Origin: Eubacteriales bacterium | Lineage (GTDB): Bacteria > Bacillota > Clostridia > Oscillospirales > CAG-272 | DNA length: 32,258 nucleotides | Direction of reading: 5' to 3' | Assembly (NCBI GenBank): GCA_045593485.1 | Contig: JAZNWS010000169.1 | Span: forward strand, 1 to 32,258 | Part shown: positions 26,819-32,258 of the stretch, in pieces | Numbering within the stretch: position 1 is the first letter of the stretch | How the letters are laid out: each line of letters starts with the position of its first letter | Notes under the pieces: model-generated | The model's database searches: none | What the model was told of the DNA's origin: nothing | What the model saw: the letters and a program-made list of their open reading frames with translations, nothing else | Position numbers and translations under genes: made by a program

Positions 26819-29330
26819 ATTCAACAGACATAACCTTATAATCAAGATCAACAACTATCTTGGTCAATGCTTCATCGGAAACAGAGCCGTTTGTTGTGAC
26901 AATAGCAGTTCCCTTCTCGTGACTTACCTCGGCAGAAAGCACGCCGTCTGCCGCCTCGAGATATTTCTTTACTCTTGCCTCACAGTGAGGGCACATCATA
27001 CCAACTATATGAATTGTTCTTGTCATTTCCTTATTCTCCTTTTTGTGCTTGTGTTTTATTTTTCTGTCACTCTTTGGGCAGTAAACATTCACCAGATTAA
27101 GCCTCAGCGCGTTTGAGACCACGCAAAAGCTCGACAGACTCATCGCCGCCGCGCCAAACATAGGGCTAAGCTCCCAGCCGAGAAGTCCTATCCACACGCC
27201 CGCCGCAAGCGGTATGCCGATTATGTTATAAATAAACGCCCAGAACAGATTTTCTTTAATGTTCGTGAGTACTCTGCGACTGAGTCTTATCGCCGCTGCG
27301 ACGTCTATCAGCTCGCTTTTCATAAGAACAACGTCCGCCGCATCTATAGCAATATCCGTTCCCGTGCCTATCGCTATACCAATGTCCGCGCTCGTAAGCG
27401 CGGGCGCGTCGTTGATGCCGTCACCCACCATTATCACGCAGCCCTCGCGCTTGTATTTAGCAACCGCCGCAGCCTTGCCGTCGGGCAATACGTCGGAGAT
27501 GACCTCGTCAACACCCACAAGGCCTGCCACCGCCTTTGCTGTGCGGGCATTATCGCCCGTGAGCATAACCGTTTTAATTCCCATGCCGTGAAGCTGGGAG
27601 ATCGCCTCGGCGCTGTCGCCCTTTATTCTGTCCGCAACCGCAATAATTCCGAGAAGAACTCCGTCGTGACAGAACAAAAGCGGTGTCTTGCCCTGCTCGG
27701 CGTAATTTTCCGCAGCCTTTTGCACGTCGGGAGAAACTGTTATCTTATCGTTTATGAGCTTGAGGTTGCCGCCAAAGGCTTGCTTTCCGTCAACTGTACC
27801 CTGCACTCCGCTTCCGACAAGCGCCGAAAAGTCGGTCGCGTCGGGGGACGTGAGCTCCATTTTCTCGCATTTTGAAATAATTGCTCTTGCCAGCGGATGC
27901 TCGCTCTTTTTCTCAAGCGAATACGCAACGCTCAAAAGCTGATTTTGACTTATATTTTCCGCAGTCCATATATCCGTGACCTCGGGAGTTCCACTTGTGA
28001 TAGTTCCCGTCTTATCAAGAATCACTATCTCCGCTCTGCCCGTCTGCTCAAGCGCTTGGGCGGTCTTGAAAAGTATGCCGTTCTTCGCGCCCATACCGCT
28101 TCCAACCATTATGGCAACGGGGGTCGCAAGTCCCAGAGCGCAGGGACAGCTTATTACAAGCACCGAAATTCCGCGCGCGAGCGCATAGCCGATATTTTGT
28201 TCCACTATAAGCCACACCGCAGTCGTGATAAGCGCAATTACTATGACTATAGGCACGAAAACACCTGACACCTTATCCGCTATCTTTGCGATAGGCGCTT
28301 TCGTAGCTGACGCATCGCTCACCATTTTTATTATCTTTGCAAGCGCCGTCTCCGATCCTATTTTTTCGGCGCGGCAAACAAGATAACCCGATTTGTTTAT
28401 AGTCGCCGCGGAAACTGTGTCTCCAATAGCTTTATCCGTGGGAATACTCTCGCCCGTAAGCGCCGACTCGTCAACCGCGCTGACGCCCTCAAGCACTACG
28501 CCGTCCACGGGAAAGCTCTCGCCCGGTTTGACCGCGAATATATCTCCCACCTTGACGTCCTCGGCGGGAATCTCAACCTCGCGGCCGTCAATAAGAAGCG
28601 TCGCCTTTTTGGGAGCCAAGTCCATAAGTCCGCGGAGCGCGTCGGTAGTCCTTCCCTTTGAATAAGCCTCGAGAAGCTTGCCGAGAGTTATGAGCGCAAG
28701 TATCATCGCCGCAGACTCAAAATACAGCCCGTGCAGATGCGCGTGCGCTATTTCGTGATCTCCGTTTGATACCGCAATAATTATCAGAACAGTTAAAACT
28801 CCGCTGTATATAAACGACGCGCCCGAGCCGAGAGACACTAATGTGTCCATATTTGGCGAAAGGTGAAGCACGGCCTTAACTCCGCTGATGAAAAACTTGC
28901 GGTTTATTATCATTATTATAAGAGCAAGTGTGCCCTGCAATACCGCGAGTAGTATCGGGTTGTGCATAAATTCGGGCAGAGGCCAGCCCCACATTATATG
29001 CCCCATTGAGACGTACATAAGGACAAGCAAAAATCCCAGCGACCAACAGAGCCGCTTTATAAGTCTCGGCGTTTCCTTATCCTCAAGCGCTCGGTCAAGC
29101 GAGCCCGATATTTTTGAGCTCTTGCCATTCGCCTCGGCAGATGAAGCCCCATAGCCCGCGCCCTCGACCGCCGAGATTATTATCTCGTCGTCTATATTGC
29201 CCTCAACCGTCATAGAGTTCGTAAGCAGATTTACCGCGCAGGACTCAACGCCGTCAAGAGAGCTTACCGCTTTTTCAACTCGGGCGGAGCAAGCGGCACA
29301 GCTCATGCCCGTCACGTTAAATTTTTTCAT
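26817..29330 (-). CDS. copA: Cu(I)-translocating P1B-1-type ATPase with N- and C-terminal HMA domains
   Basis: GMSCAAC, TGES, CPCALGLATP, DKTGT, SEHPL, GDGINDAP, TM ligands YN and MSLSS; C-terminal GMMCPHC. Confidence 0.93.
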   Translation of the reverse strand: MKKFNVTGMSCAACSARVEKAVSSLDGVESCAVNLLTNSMTVEGNIDDEIIISAVEGAGYGASSAEANGKSSKISGSLDRALEDKETPRLIKRLCWSLGFLLVLMYVSMGHIMWGWPLPEFMHNPILLAVLQGTLALIIMIINRKFFISGVKAVLHLSPNMDTLVSLGSGASFIYSGVLTVLIIIAVSNGDHEIAHAHLHGLYFESAAMILALITLGKLLEAYSKGRTTDALRGLMDLAPKKATLLIDGREVEIPAEDVKVGDIFAVKPGESFPVDGVVLEGVSAVDESALTGESIPTDKAIGDTVSAATINKSGYLVCRAEKIGSETALAKIIKMVSDASATKAPIAKIADKVSGVFVPIVIVIALITTAVWLIVEQNIGYALARGISVLVISCPCALGLATPVAIMVGSGMGAKNGILFKTAQALEQTGRAEIVILDKTGTITSGTPEVTDIWTAENISQNQLLSVAYSLEKKSEHPLARAIISKCEKMELTSPDATDFSALVGSGVQGTVDGKQAFGGNLKLINDKITVSPDVQKAAENYAEQGKTPLLFCHDGVLLGIIAVADRIKGDSAEAISQLHGMGIKTVMLTGDNARTAKAVAGLVGVDEVISDVLPDGKAAAVAKYKREGCVIMVGDGINDAPALTSADIGIAIGTGTDIAIDAADVVLMKSELIDVAAAIRLSRRVLTNIKENLFWAFIYNIIGIPLAAGVWIGLLGWELSPMFGAAAMSLSSFCVVSNALRLNLVNVYCPKSDRKIKHKHKKENKEMTRTIHIVGMMCPHCEARVKKYLEAADGVLSAEVSHEKGTAIVTTNGSVSDEALTKIVVDLDYKVMSVE

Positions 29331-29336
29331 TTTTTA

Positions 29337-30293
29337 TCAGATACCAAGGAACGCCGCGCCGATAATTCCCGCGTCGTTGCCAAGAGCTGCTATGCAGACC
29401 TTCGTGGGCGTGACAGTTCCCGCGCCGCCGTAGCTCTCCTTTTTAACGATAGGCATAATGAGATCAAGCAACTTTTGTCCCTGTCCCGAAATTCCGCCGC
29501 CAATGGACAACACCTCGGGCTGATAGAGGTTGATTATGTTTGTGATTCCGCAAGCGAGATAATAGGAGTATTCCTTTATAACCTCTGCCGCAGCCTTATC
29601 TCCTGCGTCGTACGCGTCAAACGCAACTCTGCCGTTGACACCGTTGACCGCAAGAGCCTCCATAAGAGTTTCTCTGCCCGTCTCCTTGCATTCGGCAAGC
29701 TTTTCCTTTGTCATATTGATAAGAGCCGTTGCCGAGCTATACGCCTCCCAGCAGCCAAGTCTGCCGCAGCCGCATGGTCTGCCACCCGCGGAAATAACGA
29801 TATGTCCAAGCCCCGCGCCCGCGAAGTTGAAGCCCGCGTACACCTTGCCGTCAACTATAACTCCGCCGCCAACTCCCGTGCCGAGAGTTATCATAACCGA
29901 ATTATCCGTTCCCTTTGCCGCGCCTGCTACCGCCTCGCCCCACGCCGCCGCGTTAGCGTCGTTCTCAACGTGAGTCTCAATGCCGTCGAGCTTGTCGGAA
30001 AGCTTTTTGCAAATGGGGAAATGCAGCAGTGGAAGATTGCAGGCATATTCAACAACGCCGTCACGGCTGTTAGCGATTCCGGGAGACGCGATACCTACCG
30101 CCTCAATGTCGGAAAGCAAAATTCCCGACTCCTCGCAGAGCGCGCGGCAAAGATACGCCATATCCTCAACTATTCTGTCACCCCCCTCGGCGACTGTGGT
30201 GGGAATGCTCTTTTTCTTGATAATGCTAAAATTTTCGTCAACTATTGCCGCCGCGATATTAGTGCCGCCCAAATCAATTCCTATACGGTACAT
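29337..30293 (-). CDS. ROK family sugar kinase (glucokinase-like)
   Basis: IGIDLGGTNI, ENDANAAA, TLGTGVGGG, Zn motif CGCGRLGCWE, LGNDAGIIGAA; no HTH. The ExGH motif reads GLGH. Confidence 0.9.
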   Translation of the reverse strand: MYRIGIDLGGTNIAAAIVDENFSIIKKKSIPTTVAEGGDRIVEDMAYLCRALCEESGILLSDIEAVGIASPGIANSRDGVVEYACNLPLLHFPICKKLSDKLDGIETHVENDANAAAWGEAVAGAAKGTDNSVMITLGTGVGGGVIVDGKVYAGFNFAGAGLGHIVISAGGRPCGCGRLGCWEAYSSATALINMTKEKLAECKETGRETLMEALAVNGVNGRVAFDAYDAGDKAAAEVIKEYSYYLACGITNIINLYQPEVLSIGGGISGQGQKLLDLIMPIVKKESYGGAGTVTPTKVCIAALGNDAGIIGAAFLGI

Positions 30294-30332
30294 ACTTAAA
30301 TCCTCTCTTATCCTGATATGTCAAATTTTTTC

Positions 30333-30848
30333 TTATTTTATATAATGCACTCTGCCCTGCACTCTTTCCTTTGTGGTGCGTGTTTCCGCGGAATAGCCGA
30401 GAATACAGTTGCCAACGCCGATATAGCTGTCGGGAATGCCGCACTCGCGAGCTATTGCTCTGCACTCGTCCCCCTCAAACATTTCCTTTGCTCTGTGTAC
30501 CCAGCACGAGCCTATGCCGAGCGAGAACGCCACGTTGAGCATATTACCAAGCGCGAGCGAGCCGTCCTCGACGTGGGTATGCACGTCTCTGTCCGCAAAG
30601 ACTACGACAACGACGGGCGCGTTATAAAACGGATCTGTGCCTGCGGGAAAGCCGCCGACCTCGGCGTTTACTCTTGAAAGTGTTTTGATAACATCTTTAT
30701 TTGTCACCACCATAAATCTTACTGCCTGGCGGTTGCGGCCCGATGCCGCCCAAACGCCCGCGTCAACTATCTGCTCTATAAGCTCTGCGGGAACTTCTTT
30801 GTCCGAATAAGCCTTCGTGCTGTATCTGCTCTTGATAAGGTCTAACAT
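30333..30848 (-). CDS. Nitroreductase family protein
   Basis: IKSRYSTKAY, AGVWAASGRNRQ, FYNAPVVV, NMLNVAFSLGIGSCWV; SD AAGGAG. Confidence 0.9.
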   Translation of the reverse strand: MLDLIKSRYSTKAYSDKEVPAELIEQIVDAGVWAASGRNRQAVRFMVVTNKDVIKTLSRVNAEVGGFPAGTDPFYNAPVVVVVFADRDVHTHVEDGSLALGNMLNVAFSLGIGSCWVHRAKEMFEGDECRAIARECGIPDSYIGVGNCILGYSAETRTTKERVQGRVHYIK

Positions 30849-30875
30849 TTTTCTCTCCTTATATATATGATTTTT

Positions 30876-31307
30876 TTACGCCTCAAGTATCATCTTGACG
30901 TGAGGTATTCCCTCCTCAAGATATTCGTCGGATATGACCTTGAATCCGCATCTTTCGTAATATCCGAGCGCCTGCGTCTGCGCGCTGACAACAATGTGTT
31001 TGCAGGGCATTTTTTCTTTTATTGCCTTCAGAGCCTCAGTCATAAGCAGCCTGCCGTGGCCATGACCGTGCGTGAGTGTCAGCACTCTGCCTATCTTTAC
31101 GGTGTCCTTGCCCGAATAATACGCGCGCAGACAGGCTATGACACGTCCGTCCTGCCACAAAAAGCAGTGCAGACTCTCGCAGTCCACGCCGTCCATATCC
31201 TGACAGATTATATTTTGCTCCAAAAGGAACACCTCCGAGCGCGATTTGAGTATCTCGTAAAGCTCGTAAACCGTCAGCTCGTCAAATTTTTTTGCTATAA
31301 AGTTCAT
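30876..31307 (-). CDS. elaA: ElaA-like GNAT N-acetyltransferase
   Basis: KKFDELTVYELYEILKSRSEVFLLEQ, KIGRV, SAQ...YYERCGF, YLEEGIPHVKM; overlaps the upstream stop (ATGA). Confidence 0.85.
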   Translation of the reverse strand: MNFIAKKFDELTVYELYEILKSRSEVFLLEQNIICQDMDGVDCESLHCFLWQDGRVIACLRAYYSGKDTVKIGRVLTLTHGHGHGRLLMTEALKAIKEKMPCKHIVVSAQTQALGYYERCGFKVISDEYLEEGIPHVKMILEA

Positions 31308-32257
31308 TGTTTTTCTCCCACGAAAAGCAGGTGATTGGTCATACCAAGAAGCTCTGGCTTTTCACAAATATAATAGTGATAGCGCAGATATTGCGCATAG
31401 TCCTCATCGCTCATTTCATTGATACGATCTGCAAGCAGCTCGCTTGCGCCGTCGGATGCAACCTCGTGTAAGACGTTTATACCGCCATCAGAAAGAAGCT
31501 TTCTTGCCGCACCTACCGTGTGGAACACAAACGGAAAGTCCTCAAGCTTAAAGGTCTCTTTATCATAATGTCCGTTTGAAAAATAGCTTACGTCATATTC
31601 AAACTCGGTAAGAAAAACGAAGTCGTTAGAAATAAACGAAAAGAATATTTTTCCACCGTCGCGGCATACTCGCTTTGCTTCGCTAATACATTTTTGCTTA
31701 TCCGCATCATTTTTCAAATGATAAAGCGGGCCGAACAGAAGGACAAGATCAAACGACTTATCTGCATAGCGAGAGAGGTCAAGTGCATTACCTTGAACGA
31801 GGTCAATATTATCTTCGGGCGTGAGCTTCTTTTTGAAGGCGGCAATGTTGGCATCGGCAAGCTCAAGAGCCGATACCTCATATCCCTTACGGGCAAAGTA
31901 AAGGCTGTATTCACCTGCACCTGCGCCGATGTCGAGTATCTTGTCGCCCTCTTTCAAGTATTTTTCTATGTAGTGAACGGTAGTCAAAAATTCAACTCTT
32001 GCGGCTTTTGAATGATTGAGCCTTGCGTCCTCGTTGAAAATTTCATATAGCTTGTTTACCCGTTCCGTTTCGTCCTTGGTCTGCAAAATTTCCTCAAAAA
32101 AGTCCTTTTTAGTTTTTACCCAAAATCTCTTCAGATAAACATTTCCGTTTGGCTCATATACCGTTGATTCATACTCGCCGCCGTTTGCGAGAATCGTCTT
32201 TTCGCTTGCAATATTGCCGTCAACACAGGTTATAAGCACTTTATTAAGACCAATTCC
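31304..32257 (-). CDS. Class I SAM-dependent methyltransferase fused to the C-terminal part of a GNAT acetyltransferase; 5'-truncated by the window edge
   Basis: Frame is open to the right edge (GIGLNKVLITCVDGNIASEKTILANGG...KRFWV), then VEFLTT, ILDIGAGAGEYS, FDLVLLFGPLYHL. Confidence 0.85.
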   Translation of the reverse strand, partial: GIGLNKVLITCVDGNIASEKTILANGGEYESTVYEPNGNVYLKRFWVKTKKDFFEEILQTKDETERVNKLYEIFNEDARLNHSKAARVEFLTTVHYIEKYLKEGDKILDIGAGAGEYSLYFARKGYEVSALELADANIAAFKKKLTPEDNIDLVQGNALDLSRYADKSFDLVLLFGPLYHLKNDADKQKCISEAKRVCRDGGKIFFSFISNDFVFLTEFEYDVSYFSNGHYDKETFKLEDFPFVFHTVGAARKLLSDGGINVLHEVASDGASELLADRINEMSDEDYAQYLRYHYYICEKPELLGMTNHLLFVGEKQ

Positions 32258-32258
32258 C

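Overview
Mostly ordinary housekeeping chromosome from a probable Clostridia-class (Bacillota) gut/rumen-type bacterium; the taxon is inferred from gene content, sigma-A promoters and SD motifs. Gene order: the 3' end of a stop-interrupted gene, a GH78 alpha-L-rhamnosidase, trkA-trkH-tmk, a membrane-anchored CHAP protein, gpsA, an ABC-F ATPase, a GH106-like hydrolase, ddl, prmC, DAHP synthase, an IT-superfamily permease, a pyrC-K-D-F-E-B-I-pgeF operon, tRNA-Ser(GGA), a large multi-OB-fold lipoprotein, and a GNAT/methyltransferase-elaA-nitroreductase-ROK-copA run. I see no integrase, transposase, CRISPR array or defence system, and I cannot claim a clear new multi-gene system. The best leads are: an alternating-orientation array of tRNA 3'-end copies downstream of tRNA-Ser, the adjacent apparently non-catalytic OB-fold lipoprotein, a sharp codon-usage switch inside the GH78 gene (mosaic gene or misassembly), a Cys-containing C-terminal anchor on the CHAP protein, a ROK kinase lacking its sugar-binding Glu, and a GNAT-methyltransferase fusion.
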